DNA of 64,000 bases from Macrostomum lignano (taxonomy: Eukaryota): NCBI GenBank assembly GCA_002269645.1, contig NIVC01001514.1, forward strand, positions 62,001 through 126,000, read 5' to 3'. Positions 46,001 to 60,924 of this stretch are shown one piece after another (the first letter of the stretch is position 1; each line of letters opens with the position of its first letter). The position numbers and the translations under genes are program-made. The notes under the pieces are model-generated. The model did not search any database. It was not told the origin of the DNA and saw only the letters and a list, made by a program, of their open reading frames with translations.

Positions 46001-46482
46001 TGTTCAAAAGAGTATGAGCAGAACAATTGACTTGTGGAAATATCGTAAAATTAAATTTATTGATTTGCGTAAAGCACTTTAATAAAATTAGTTAATTATT
46101 ATATAGTTTAATAAGATTTGGCCTATGCTGCCTCTGATTTCAATGTTGGTGTGGGTTTACTACTTTTGTTTCTTGGTCTTTACTGGCAGTAGTAGATATA
46201 GCTAAACAATGTTTTTCATGCTATGCGCATCAAATCTGTCTCAAATGCCAAAAATTTAATTTCTAATTCTAAACAAACAAAAAAAATTGATAAAACCCCC
46301 TTTAAGTTTGATTTTGTTTCACTCTGTTGAAAGTTATAAACTATCATCAAGTGCTACTAATGTTATCAAATACACTCTGGCTATCATCTCCGTTTTGGTT
46401 GTCTGAAAAATATTTTTACTGCGTTTCTAAATTATATTTATCTTTAGACTATATAATTCAATCGAGTTGATATTCAATTAAA

Positions 46483-47083
46483 GTCGGGTTCAGTTCCAGG
46501 TTGGAATGGAATCGGGTTCAGTTCCAGGTTGGAATGGAATCGGGTTCAGTTCCAGGTTGGAATGGAATCGGGTTCAGTTCCAGGTTGGAATGGAATCGGG
46601 TTCAGTTCCAGGTTGGAATGGAATCGGGTTCAGTTCCGGGTTGGAATGGGTTCAGTTCCGGGTTGGAATGGAATCGGGTTCAGTTCCAGGTTGGAATCGG
46701 GTTCAGTTCCGGGTTGGAATGGAATCGGGTTCAATTCCAGGTTGGAATGGAATCGGGTTCAGTTCCAGGTTGGAATCGGGTTCAGTTCCGGGTTGGAATG
46801 GAATCGGGTTCAGTTCCATGATGGAATGGAATCGGGTTCAGTTCCATGATGGAATGGAATCGGGTTCAATTCCAGGTTGGAATCGGGTTCAGTTCCGGGT
46901 TGGAATGGAATCGGGTTCAGTTCCGGGTTGGAATGGAATCGTGTTCAGTTCCATGATGGAATGGAATCGAGTTCAGTTCCAGGTTGGAATGGAATCGGGT
47001 TCAGTTCCAGGTTGGAATCGGGTTCAGTTCCAGGTTGGAATGGAATCGGGTTCAGTTCCAGGTTGGAATCGGGTTCAGTTCCG
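46483..47083. repeat. 23/28-bp GGAAT(GGAAT)CGGGTTCAGTTCCAGGTT minisatellite
   Basis: Read directly; ends about 16 nt before the acceptor at 47099. Confidence 0.95.
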
Positions 47084-47099
47084 GTCTCAAATCCAACAG

Positions 47100-49462
47100 C
47101 TACCCACTGGATTTTGAAACTCTTCAGCCGGGCATTGCCAAGGCGGAATCCGCGCGACGTTTCGCACCTTCGGGCTTGTCGCGGAAGCAGCTGGTCGCCG
47201 CAGGCAGCCAGATGCTGCTCACCGGCCGACTGCCTGAAGCCCAAAGCCGAGCATCCGGCCGAGCGCTTGATCGGCACGGCTTCCTTCGCTGGGCGGTGCT
47301 GGCCGCATACGCAGAGGCTTGTTCAAAATTTGACACAACTACTAAGAATGCTACTGGCAGTAGTCTGGAACGGCTCCTCGCCTCCGTGCCGCCGACGCCG
47401 CTGATTTTAGATGATCTGCTGTCGGCAGCAGGCTGCGACCCTACTGCGTCGGTGACTCGGGAATCGCCGCCGTTGCCGCCGACTGTGTCGCCTGAGCTGT
47501 CGGACAGGAGCGCACTGGTGACTGCGCTGTCTCTGGGCATGCTGAGCCTGGCTCAGTGCTTCATCTCCGTTGCTCGGCTGCCTCGCTTGGAGTCCCAATT
47601 TCAGGTTAGCCAGTGTCGAGTTCGGGAGGAGGAGGGCGGCAGTCTGGTGTACAGGTCTGAGCCGACAACGCTGGCCGGCTTTGTACTGCTGTTGCTGCAT
47701 CGGCAGCGGCTGGCCTGGCTGGACTGTCGGGAACTGCTGGAGAGCCTTGCCGATAGGTAATTCCTTCCCAGATCCTCAGTTGCTGGGCCATCCTCCCAGA
47801 TCCTCAGTTGCTAGGCCAGCCTCCGAGATCTTCAGTTGCTGGGCCACCACCGCCTTCCCAGATCCTCAGTTGCTGGGCCACCACCGCCCTCCCAGATCCT
47901 CAGTTGCTGGGCCACCACCGCCCTCCCAGATCCTCAGTTGCTGGGCCACCACCGCCCTCCCAGATCCTCAGTTGCTGGGCCACCACCGCCCTCCCAGATC
48001 CTCAGTTGCTGGGCCACCACCGCCCTCCCAGATCCTCAGTTGCTGGGCCACCACCGCCCTCCCAGATCCTCAGTTGCTGGGCCACCACCGCCCTCCCAGA
48101 TCCTCAGTTGCTGGGCCACCACCGCCCTCCCAGATCCTCAGTTGCTGGGCCACCACCGCCCTCCCAGATCCTCAGTTGCTGGGCCACCACCGCCCTCCCA
48201 GATCCTCAGTTGCTGGGCCACCACCGCCCTCCCAGATCCTCAGTTGCTGGGCCACCACCGCCCTCCCAGATCCTCAGTTGCTGGGCCACCACCGCCCTCC
48301 CAGATCCTCAGTTGCTGGGCCACCACCGCCCTCCCAGATCCTCAGTTGCAGGGCCACCACCGCCCTCCCAGATCCTCAGTTGCTGGGCCACCACCGCCCT
48401 CCCAGATCCTCAGTTGCTGGGCCACCACCGCCCTCCCAGATCCTCAGTTGCTGGGCCACCACCGCCCTCCCAGATCCTCAGTTGCTGGGCCACCACCGCC
48501 CTCCCAGATCCTCAGTTGCTGGGCCACCACCGCCCTCCCAGATCCTCAGTTGCTGGGCCACCACCGCCCTCCCAGATCCTCAGTTGCTGGGCCAGACTCC
48601 AAGATCCTCAGGCCTTGCTGTCCTCGCTTAGTCCCTTGCTTGGTAAATTTCCAGATCTTAAAATGTCCATCAATTCGCGCCCTATTCAACCCCCCACACA
48701 CTTGCTAGAGGCTACCGTTTCCATGGCAACCGCGTGTCCGACGCCGGTCCGCTGCGCTGCCTACACCGGCTGCACCCGAGGCGACTCGACGACGGTCGGC
48801 CTGGCGTGGCCGAGACTCGAATCTGCCTGGTGCGCCGCCTGCTCTCCTGGTTGCTTAGCAACGGCTGGGACGGCGGCGGCCTCTCATCAGGTTGGGATCT
48901 GCAGGACTGCCGGCACAGCGACGAACTGCACCGACTTCACGCCGCCCTGTCCGCGGCCGGCGTATCGCCGAGCAGCTGCGACACCTGCCGCTGCCGTAGA
49001 GTGGCCAGCCTAAGCGATCTGTGCTGTGCGTGTGTCAGACGGCAGCTGTTGAAGGTGTCCGAGATGGAGAGGCCGGGGTTCGAGACCGGATATGGATGGC
49101 GTTACGAAAAGGCCGTTAGAAGCTTGCCGCTGCCTCTAGTGCTTCAGCAGAGGTGCTTTGAAGTTTTAACCTTTTTGTTTGTTTTCTGCTCTGTTTATCT
49201 TTGTGTTTTTAAGTTCGTCTGTTTGTGTTTTCTTCTTCAGTTTGTCTGTCTGTGTTTCTCTTCAGTTATTCTGTGTTTATCTTCAGTTTGTCTGTGTTTC
49301 TCTTCAGTTTGTCTGTGTTTATTCTCACTGGTCTCTATTCCGTGTACATTATTTTCCGTTAGTAAATGTATAACCCATTTAACCTATTTTCAGGTGCCTC
49401 GATGGTGGTTGTCTCCGAACTGCGGCTTTGGAGAAAGATTAGAAGTTGTGGATCATATTTAA
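47100..49462 (+). CDS. SOCS-box-containing protein. Exons 47100-47756, 48709-49162 (or 49152), 49394-49462 (or shorter); 5' end unresolved.
   Basis: Donor GATAG|GTAATT and acceptor CTTGCTAG| are phase-compatible. C-terminal VASLSDLCCACVRRQL...AVRSLPLPLVLQQRC matches the SOCS-box pattern (SL--LC---IR...LPLP--L). Confidence 0.65.
47762..48595. repeat. 34-bp minisatellite CCCAGATCCTCAGTTGCTGGGCCACCACCGCCCT
   Basis: About 24 almost identical units filling the intron. Confidence 0.97.
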
Positions 49463-49664
49463 AAAAAGTCGTCTTTCACTAAAGTTCTGTACTTTTAGTC
49501 GCATTTTTTCTTTACATGGATGTTGCATGATTTGTTTGTGTCCAATGTAAATTATGGGCACCTTTAATTAAATTGATGTACAAACGTGGTTTGATGCCTT
49601 TTTTCTGTACAACAGGTACCAATTCTTGCATATTTTTAGCACGTACAAGACTCTAGGAGGCTGC

Positions 49665-50385
49665 TAGGTCCTCAGTTGCTGGGTCACCCGCCAGCTTCCC
49701 AGGTCCTCAGTTGCTGGGTCACCCGCCAGATTCCCAGGTCCTCAGTTGCTGGGTCACCCGCCAGCTTCCCAGGTCCTCAGTTGCTGGGTCACCCGCCAGA
49801 TTCCCAGGTCCTCAGTTGCTGGGTCACCCGCCAGCTCCTCAGTTGCTGGGCAAGCCTCCCAGATCCTCAGTTGCTGGGCCAGCCTCCCAGATCCTCAGTT
49901 GCTAGGCCACCACCGTCATCCCAGATCCTCAGTTGCTGGGCCAGCCTCCCAGATCCTCAGTTGCTGGGCCAGCCTCCCAGATCCTCAGTTGCTGGGCCAC
50001 CACCGTCATCCCAGATCCTCAGTTGCTGGGCCAGCCTCCCAGATCCTCAGTTGCTAGGCCACCACCGTCATCCCAGATCCTCAGTTGCTGGGCCAGCCTC
50101 CCAGATCCTCAGTTGCTGGGCCAGCCTCCCAGATCCTCAGTTGCTGGGCCAGCCTCCCAGATCCTCAGTTGCTGGGCCACCACCGTCATCCCAGATCCTC
50201 AGTTGCTGGGCCAGCCTCCCAGATCCTCAGTTGCTAGGCCACCACCGTCATCCCAGATCCTCAGTTGCTGGGCCAGCCTCCCAGATCCTCAGTTGCTGGG
50301 CCAGCCTCCCAGATCCTCAGTTGCTGGGCCAGCCTCCCAGATCCTCAGTTGCTGGGCCACCACCGTCATCCCAGATCCTCATCCC
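49665..50385. repeat. Minisatellite sharing the CCCAG(A/G)TCCTCAGTTGCTGGG core (27/35-bp variants)
   Basis: Read directly; same core as 47762-48595. Confidence 0.95.
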
Positions 50386-50508
50386 TAGCGACTACCACGC
50401 ATATGTACAGTCAAACATTTTACAGTAAAGAGTCAAACGATTCCAGCGACCTATCCAGTACCTGGATAGATTATCTGGGCTGTTCACGATCGCCTATCGC
50501 TACCCGCT

Positions 50509-50902
50509 ATGGCTGGAGCGGCTTCGGTTGAGCAAGAGCTCGACAGTCCAGTTGATGACGGAGAATATGTGTTCGTTGAGTCCGAGCCAGCCGCTCCAGC
50601 TGCTGAACAGCCTCAGCCTGCGTTTTTTAGTGAATCACCGAATTCCAATGGTACAGACAGCGCCTTAGACTTGAGCGATGCTGACGACGACCTTTTGCTC
50701 AGGCGAGCTGCTTTTTATCTCTACCAATGGTTCCAATACCCTTAAGCTGCTTTTATTCTTTTTTAATGGCATTCGTATCGTTTTAGACTTGCCAAGCTTG
50801 AATCCGAAAATCACCAGCTTAAACGGCAGTTGCAAAAGAAGAAGTCGAAGTTAAAAGATGAACGACACAACTTCTTGTGAGCATGCGATTTTATTCTGGC
50901 TG

Positions 50903-50998
<96 letters not shown>

Positions 50999-53709
50999 GG
51001 CAGGCAGACAGACAGGCAGACAGACAGACAGACAGACAGGCAGACAGACAGACAGGCAGACAGACAGGCAGACAGACAGGCAGACAGGCAGACAGACAGG
51101 CAGACAGACAGACAGACAGACAGGCAGACAGGCAGGCAGACAGGCAGGCAGACAGACAGACAGGCAGACAGACAGACAGGCAGACAGGCAGACAGACAGG
51201 CAGACAGACAGACAGACAGACAGGCAGACAGGCAGGCAGACAGGCAGGCAGACAGACAGACAGGCAGGCAGACAGACAGGCAGGCAGACAGACACAGACA
51301 GACAGACAGACAGGCAGGCAGGCAGACAGACAGACAGGCAGACAGACAGGCAGACAGGCAGGCAGACAGACAGGCAGACAGACAGGCAGGCAGGCAGACA
51401 GGCAGACAGACAGACAGACAGACAGGCAGACAGACAGGCAGGCAGACAGACAGGCAGACAGACAGACAGGCAGACAGACAGACAGACAGACAGACAGGCA
51501 GACAGACAGACAGACAGGCAGGCAGACAGGCAGGCAGACAGGCAGACAGACAGGCAGGCAGACAGACAGGCAGACAGACAGACAGGCAGGCAGGCAGGCA
51601 GGCAGGCAGACAGACAGGCAGGCAAACAGGCAGACAGACAGACAGACAGGCAGGCAGACAGACAGGCAGGCAGACAGACAGACAGACAGGCAGGCAGACA
51701 GACAGGCAGACAGACAGACAGGCAGGCAGACAGGCAGACAGACAGGCAGGCAGACAGACAGACAGACAGACAGACAGGCAGGCAGGCAGGCAGACAGGCA
51801 GGCAGACAGACAGACAGACAGACAGAAAGACAGACAGGCAGGCAGACAGGCAGGCAGACAGACAGGCAGGCAGACAGACAGGCAGGCAGACAGACAGGCA
51901 GACAGACAGACAGACAGGCAGGCAGACAGGCAGGCAGACAGACAGGCAGGCAGACAGACAGGCAGGCAGACAGGCAGGCAGACAGGCAGGCAGACAGACA
52001 GGCAGGCAAACAGGCAGACAGACAGACAGACAGGCAGACAGACAGGCAGGCAGACAGACAGACAGGCAGACAGACAGGCAGGCAGACAGACAGGCAGACA
52101 GACAGACAGGCAGGCAGGCAGACAGGCAGGCAGACAGACAGACAGGCAGACAGACAGGCAGACAGACAGGCAGACAGACAGACAGGCAGGCAGACAGGCA
52201 GGCAGACAGACAGACAGACAGGCAGGCAGGCAGGCAGGCAGACAGGCAGGCAGACAGACAGACAGACAGACAGACAGAAAGACAGACAGACAGGCAGACA
52301 GACAGACAGACAGAAAGACAGACAGGCAGGCAGACAGACAGACAGGCAGACAGACAGGCAGGCAGACAAGCAGGCAGACAGGCAGGCAGACAGACAGGCA
52401 GGCAGACAGGCAGGCAGGCAGGCAGACAGACAGGCAGGCAGACAGGCAGGCAGACAGACAGGCAGACAGACAGACAGACAGACAGGCAGGCAGACAGGCA
52501 GACAGGCAGGCAGACAGGCAGGCAGACAGACAGGCAGGCAGACAGACAGGCAGGCAGACAGGCAGACAGATAGACAGACAGTAAATCCGGCGCCCTGCAC
52601 TCGCAGCCATTTGCTAGCAGTTTAGCATAATAAATTTCGCCTTATCCGACCCAACCAGAGCGCTGAGCCGCAGCACAGAGTCGGAGATCGCCAGCCTCAG
52701 GGCGAAGCTGCAGCGCTCGAACTCGGACTGCCTGCGGCTGCAGCAGGAGAACCAGGAGCTGCAGGCCGAGTTGGTCAGCGAGAAGCGGGAGCATCGACAG
52801 GTGCAGCTGGTGACAGCAGGCTGCGGCAACTGAGTGCCCGACTGTTACATTCTGTTGTAAAATAACAAAACCTGACTATGCGTCATTTATACAAGTTTTC
52901 ATCTTCTGAGTAAGCATAGTTTTGAGTAAGTGCTGTTTGTTTTGATTAGATAGTAGAAATCGACATTATATATTCAAGAATCTGCAAGTAAATTTATTGA
53001 TAGCAAGAAGTTTAATAAACCGATTATGTTGTTTGTTTGGCTTGACAGCTTCATTTTTCATGTCAATTTTTTAGTGATAGCTTCATATTTTTCATTATAT
53101 ATTTTTTTGGTGCTAGTGCTCTATACAAAGCAGTGCAACATATTGTGCGTTTCTGATTTGCCAATTTTAAGCGTTTATTATTCAATAATTATTTTCAACT
53201 TTTAGTGGCTTCCTAATTTTCATAAAATAACGATGAAGAAAAAATAATCGTGCTGTATGATTACATATTATAGCTAGTTTTGTTATCCATCCTTTTTTAT
53301 TGCAAATTAGTAGAATAAACTTTTCTAACAAGTGTACAGTTGCTTTGTAAGAAATTCTATTTATAATAATTGAGTACTTCTTGACAGATTTCTTAGCGTC
53401 CATTTTATTTTTCCAGGTGGTAATTGTGATTCATTAAATTGCAAGGCTTGAAGTAGTACGTGTATTAGTAGTGTAGTAGTATTCGGTAGTAGTAGTAGTT
53501 TTGTAGTAGTACGAGCTTAGTAGTATTGTAATAGTAGTAGTGTAGTAGTAGTAGTAGTAGTAGTAGTTGTTGTTGTTGTTGTTGTAGTAGTAGTAGTAGT
53601 TGTAGTAGTAGTAGTAGTAGTTGTAGTAGTAGTAGTAGTAGTTGTTGTAGTAGTAGTAGTGGTAGTTGTAGTAGTAGTAGTGGTAGTTGTAGTAGTAGTA
53701 GTAGTAGTT

Positions 53710-53747
<38 letters not shown>

Positions 53748-56145
53748 TGTAGTAGTAGTAGTAGTAGTAGTAGTTGTAGTAGTAGTAGTAGTAGTTGTAG
53801 TAGTAGTAGTAGTAGTTGTAGTAGTAGTAGTAGTAGTAGTAGTTGTAGTAGTGGTAGTAGTAGTAGTAGTTGTAGTAGTAGTAGTAGTAGTAGTAGTTGT
53901 AGTAGTAGTAGTAGTAGTTGTAGTAGTAGTAGTAGTAGTAGTTGTTGTAGTAGTAGTAGTGGTAGTTGTAGTAGTAGTAGTGGTAGTTGTAGTAGTAGTA
54001 GTAGTAGTTGTAGTAGTAGTAGTTGTTGTTGTAGTAGTAGTTGTAGTAGTAGTAGTAGTTGTAGTAGTTGTAGTAGTAGTAGTTGTTGTTGTAGTAGTAG
54101 TTGTAGTAGTAGTAGTAGTTGTAGTAGTTGTAGTAGTGGTATAATAGTACTACTATACTATTATTAGTATAGTAGTAGTAGTAGTAGCTGCAGCACTGGA
54201 AATAATTAAAGTAGCGGTAACTTAGCAAAATCATCTACTGAATAATCGAGTATTAACCATGGTAATTAGTGTAGCGGTTTTGTTTGCAAAATCTCTGTTT
54301 ACACTTCACCATCTTGCCGTCGAGCCTTAGTGAGTCAATTGCAATAACGCACTATAAGTGCACTATAAATAGGCAGCAAAAGACAGACAGGTGAAGCAGA
54401 TGTCTTTTAAAAAATACACAAGCTCAAAAGAAAATAATGGCGCCCCATTTGCCTGCCCGTTGCTAAGCGGCTCACGCGGCCGACCGACCGACCGACACAG
54501 ACAGACCAAGTGGACGGCTCAGAGGGGTAGCGAGAGGTGCACAATAGAGAGTAGAGATTGTAAAGAAGCTGAGATGCTGCTGCACCTTTCTCTACTTGAG
54601 GGCGAGAGAGCCTCAAATATTTTTTTCATTCTCATTGCCTTTCAATTCAGCCACCTGGCCCTCTATCTCTAATGAAAGCTTTGGCGCCTAGGCGCGCTGT
54701 GCTTGAGCGACCGGTGAGACGAGAAAGTCTGCGCTCTCGTCTCAGCCATTGTTGGCCCTCCTCTGGCTTTAAGCTCTGGCTTAGTGTAAAAGACCGCTTT
54801 GCCCGCCGCAGGGGGAGTGTTAGCTAGCTGTGGCTAGAGACATGCACAGGTGAGCACAGTCTCAGTCTGAATCCAGCGCAGATGTCAACCGAAGCAGCAG
54901 ACCCCGGCACAGCCCGCAGCGGCGAGGTCGGCACCCAGACGGAGCTGCCCAAAGTCGACACCGCCATCCAAGCGGAGCTGTCGGATTTGGCGCCAGCAGC
55001 CGAGGCGCCGACTGCGGCCGTGGCGGCGACATCGTCGCGTCCGGCCACCACGGCTTCGAAGCGACCAGCCACGAATACTTCACGCAGGCCGTCCACGCAA
55101 AGTCGAAGCAAGCCTGCCACCGCGGCCGCGCCTCAGTCGTCAGGCGGGTCGCCTGCCAGCAGGCCGACGACTCAGCGAATGCAGCTGACGGCGGCGCAGG
55201 TGCGTGAAGCTAGTATACATGTACATTTAAACAATGATCAACCCAGCCAATGAGCGTCAGGTAGGGGCAGAGAGAAAAAGAGAATAAATCGATAATCTAA
55301 GGGTTGGTAAGTTTCATTTTAGTTCTTCAGCCAATGAGCGCCCTACTGGGACAGAAAATCAGAGCTGAGCTAGGCAATCGATAAGCGTGCATTTCAGTCC
55401 TGCAGCCAATAAGCGCCCGACAGGGACAGAGAATCAGAGCTGAGCTAGGCAATCGATAAGCGTGAATTTCAGTCCTGCAGCCAATGAGCGCCCGACGGGG
55501 ACAGAGAATCAAAAAAACAATCGATAAGTGTACAAATTCAGTCCCTGCAGCCAATGAGCGTCATTCGGGGCAGCATAGTCAAAATATTAGTTGCAAAACA
55601 AATAACAGTATACAATGTACTTTTAAACACGCTTTTCTCCTTCCTCAGCGATCCGCACCAGCCCCAGAGCCAGCTGGTCAGCCTGGCATTCTCTTCGTTG
55701 ACAACAATCGCACCTGGCGCCAGTACCAAGAGTCATCGCCGCAGCAGCGTCAGCAAGGCGGCCCGGAGTGCACCCCATGGTTTACAGCTACAATCCAGAC
55801 CCGAGGCTGCGCGCCTGGCAGAGTCTGGAGCACGCCCGGCTTCATCAGATGGGCCTGAGCAGTAAGCTGAGCAGACGCTATAATGTCCAGCGTTCCCGCC
55901 AGTTCGTCCCAGTCGGGCTGCACATGCGGGCCCAGCAACAGCAGCAGCTGCGCGCCGCCTTCCTGCCGCCTCTAGCCGAGGAATTCAACGACAGCGACCG
56001 TAAGAAGAACGACGTGGCTCCGTTTCTCACCTTTCAAAAGCCGACCTGCGGTTATTTCTTTTCGCGCGAGACGGAAAACCGGAAAATTAAGCACGGCCTG
56101 GCGCCCGCCGACCTGCCGCTTTGGGGCGCCGATCTGTCCCAGTAG
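50509..56145 (+). CDS. Uncharacterised coiled-coil protein. Exons 50509-50702, 50787-50876, 52659-52800, 54882-55199, 55649-56145, with an apparent frameshift near 55773-55776.
   Basis: Phase-consistent splicing (first intron GC-AG) yields heptad-rich RLAKLESENHQLKRQLQKK...EIASLRAKLQRSNSDCLRLQQENQELQAEL, an EVGTQT motif and a low-complexity linker. The last exon has protein-like sequence in two successive frames. Confidence 0.6.
50903..52580. repeat. 1.7-kb compound (CAGA/CAGG)n microsatellite
   Basis: Read directly. Confidence 0.98.
53470..54190. repeat. (GTA)n/(GTT)n trinucleotide repeat
   Basis: Read directly; source of the poly-V and poly-Y ORFs. Confidence 0.98.
55325..55560. repeat. 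Three to four degenerate 65-80-bp repeats (CAGCCAATGAGCG...GGGACAGAGAATC...TCGATAAG)
   Basis: CAGCCAAT(G/A)AGCG recurs at about 55328, 55404, 55479 and 55548. Confidence 0.75.
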
Positions 56146-57073
56146 TAACCATAAACATTTTTTCAACCGAGTTAAAAATATTTGCGATTTACTTAACTTA
56201 GCTACTGACTCGAGTAGGCTGTTGCGCCAATGTTTATTATTATTATTATTTAGGCGTCGTTTTTGGGATGCCGCCATTTGACTGCCAGCGACTGAAAAAT
56301 TTTTAAGTTCGATGAAAAGACAGTTGCAATTTACTTTACTTGGCTACTGTCTCGAGTAGGCTGTTGAGCGCATGCTTTTGTAACTCTATGACGTCTATCT
56401 CTGATTACGCAGAGATTGCTTGAGCCAAAAGCTATCAAAGACTTGTCAGTCAAATGTCTGGCAGTCCAAAATATGTAGTTGTTTCTAGGAAATATTTTTG
56501 CCGAAAATTTGTCTAAAATCTAAATGGATTGTTGCGTTAGTTGAGCTGTCGCTTAAATCGGTTAAACGCGTTATAAAAAAACTATTTTTTCAGTTCGAAG
56601 TTTATTCGATAAGATTTTTGCTCACTTCTCTGCTTTTTGTCTCCACTTTTCCCGCTTTCAATTCGAAATAGATTGCTGCTAGTTTTTCTGTTTCTCTAGT
56701 TTTTTTGTAAAAAAAATAAATTCTCGAATTGTTGGATATGGCTACCGTCTTTTGCCAAAACATATGCCATTTGATAATCGTCCAATCCCACACTGATAAT
56801 TATCCAATCCCACACTGATAATCATCCCATCCCACACTGATATTTATAAAGTAAGAAGCAGACGTGAGCTGCAAAGAAATAAAATTAAAGCCAGTAGCAG
56901 TGCATCTCTCAGCAAGAACTCAACCCAGCCAACCGGGATGGACAGAAGGCACAGAGAATGAAATATTTTGGCCGGAGAAACTTCAATCTAGTGAGCTGCA
57001 CAGAACCCAGCTTGGTAGCAGAATTTTTTACGAGGCTTTAACTTTCCGAATAAATAACTATTTACTGAAGAGA

Positions 57074-59708
<2,635 letters not shown>

Positions 59709-59849
59709 TCGCTTTGGGTGTTTTTCGGGATTTTACGATTCACTGCCTTCTGGTCTATGAAAGCACTTTTTCTACAGAGATAATTTAATCTGAAGGGTTT
59801 ATTAATAATTATAAGTGAAATGACTGTGAAATATTAATCTGCTGTGATA

Positions 59850-60322
59850 CTCTACTGAGATCTATTTACTGATATCTATCTACAGAGATCTATTTACTGA
59901 CATCTATCTGCAGACATCTATCTACTGAAATCTATCTGCAGAGATCTATCTACTGACATCTATCTGCAGAGATCTATCTACTGACATCTATCTGCAGACA
60001 TCTATCTACTGAAATCTATCTGCAGAGATCTATCTACTGACATCTATCTGCAGACATCTATCTACTGAAATCTATCCGCAGAGATCTATCTACTGACATC
60101 TATCTGCAGACATCTATCTACTGAAATCTCTCTGCAGACATCTATCTACTGAAATCTATCCGCAGAGATCTATCTACTGACATCTATCTGCAGACATCTA
60201 TCTACTGAAATCTCTCTGCAGACATCTATCTACTGAAATCTCTCTGCAGACATCTATCTACTGAAATCTCTCTGCAGACATCTATCTACTGACATCTATC
60301 TGCAGAGATCTATCTCTGCAGA
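59850..60322. repeat. 14/28-bp ATCTATCTACTGA(C/A)/ATCTATCTGCAGA(G/C) minisatellite
   Basis: Read directly. Confidence 0.95.
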
Positions 60323-60924
60323 TGTTGAATGTTGATTCAATTGACTTTCAAGTCACGCAGAGGCCAATCCTTACTACTGTATCCAATTCCGGATGAAATC
60401 TTTGCTCATTTTAATTGAAATTCGAAATTTGAAAACAAATCCAGGACTCTCTGGGTCTCTCTGTCGGCCTGGAGCTCAATTTATTTTTTCCACTTTTACT
60501 TTTTTCTGCGTTGCGCCCCAAAGGAAGAAACAGACGGCTGGAGCAGAGGGAGGCTGTGAGATGTAGCCAGTCAGTTCACGCGATCGCTCAATATGTCTGG
60601 CCTCAGATCGGCAAACCGATATAGGCTTGCTTCAAAGCTGTAGTCCTGCTCAGCATGTTTTCATTGTGCGCTGAGGCTGAGGTTGGCTCACGCAAAACCG
60701 CGATCAATTAATTAGTTTGCAGTCACTTTCACTGGGTTGTAGTTATAGTCTCAGTTTATCAGCTTATCTCATCAATCTTTCTCTAGCCGCTTGTTTATCT
60801 ACCTGGAGTGCTGATCTAGTACGAGGTGTTATCATGCCCGCTGCTCGCTTCTTTGTTTGTCTCCGGTTTTTCTCTCTGTCTTTTTCTGCCCTTGAGTCTG
60901 TTCTTCACTTTAACTCCTTCACTC

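Noticed and set aside
47570-50428. Pro-rich repeat ORFs (PDPQLLGHHRPPRSSVAG) resembling adhesive or structural proteins
   Set aside because: 34-bp unit is not a multiple of 3 and all three frames are open; the array lies between a strong donor (47757) and acceptor (48708).
50811-54234. Long CLSV/RQTD, poly-Val and poly-Tyr ORFs (also at 2011-2608, 12716-13086, 63613-63831)
   Set aside because: Stop-free frames of tetra- and trinucleotide microsatellites lying inside introns defined by splice sites.
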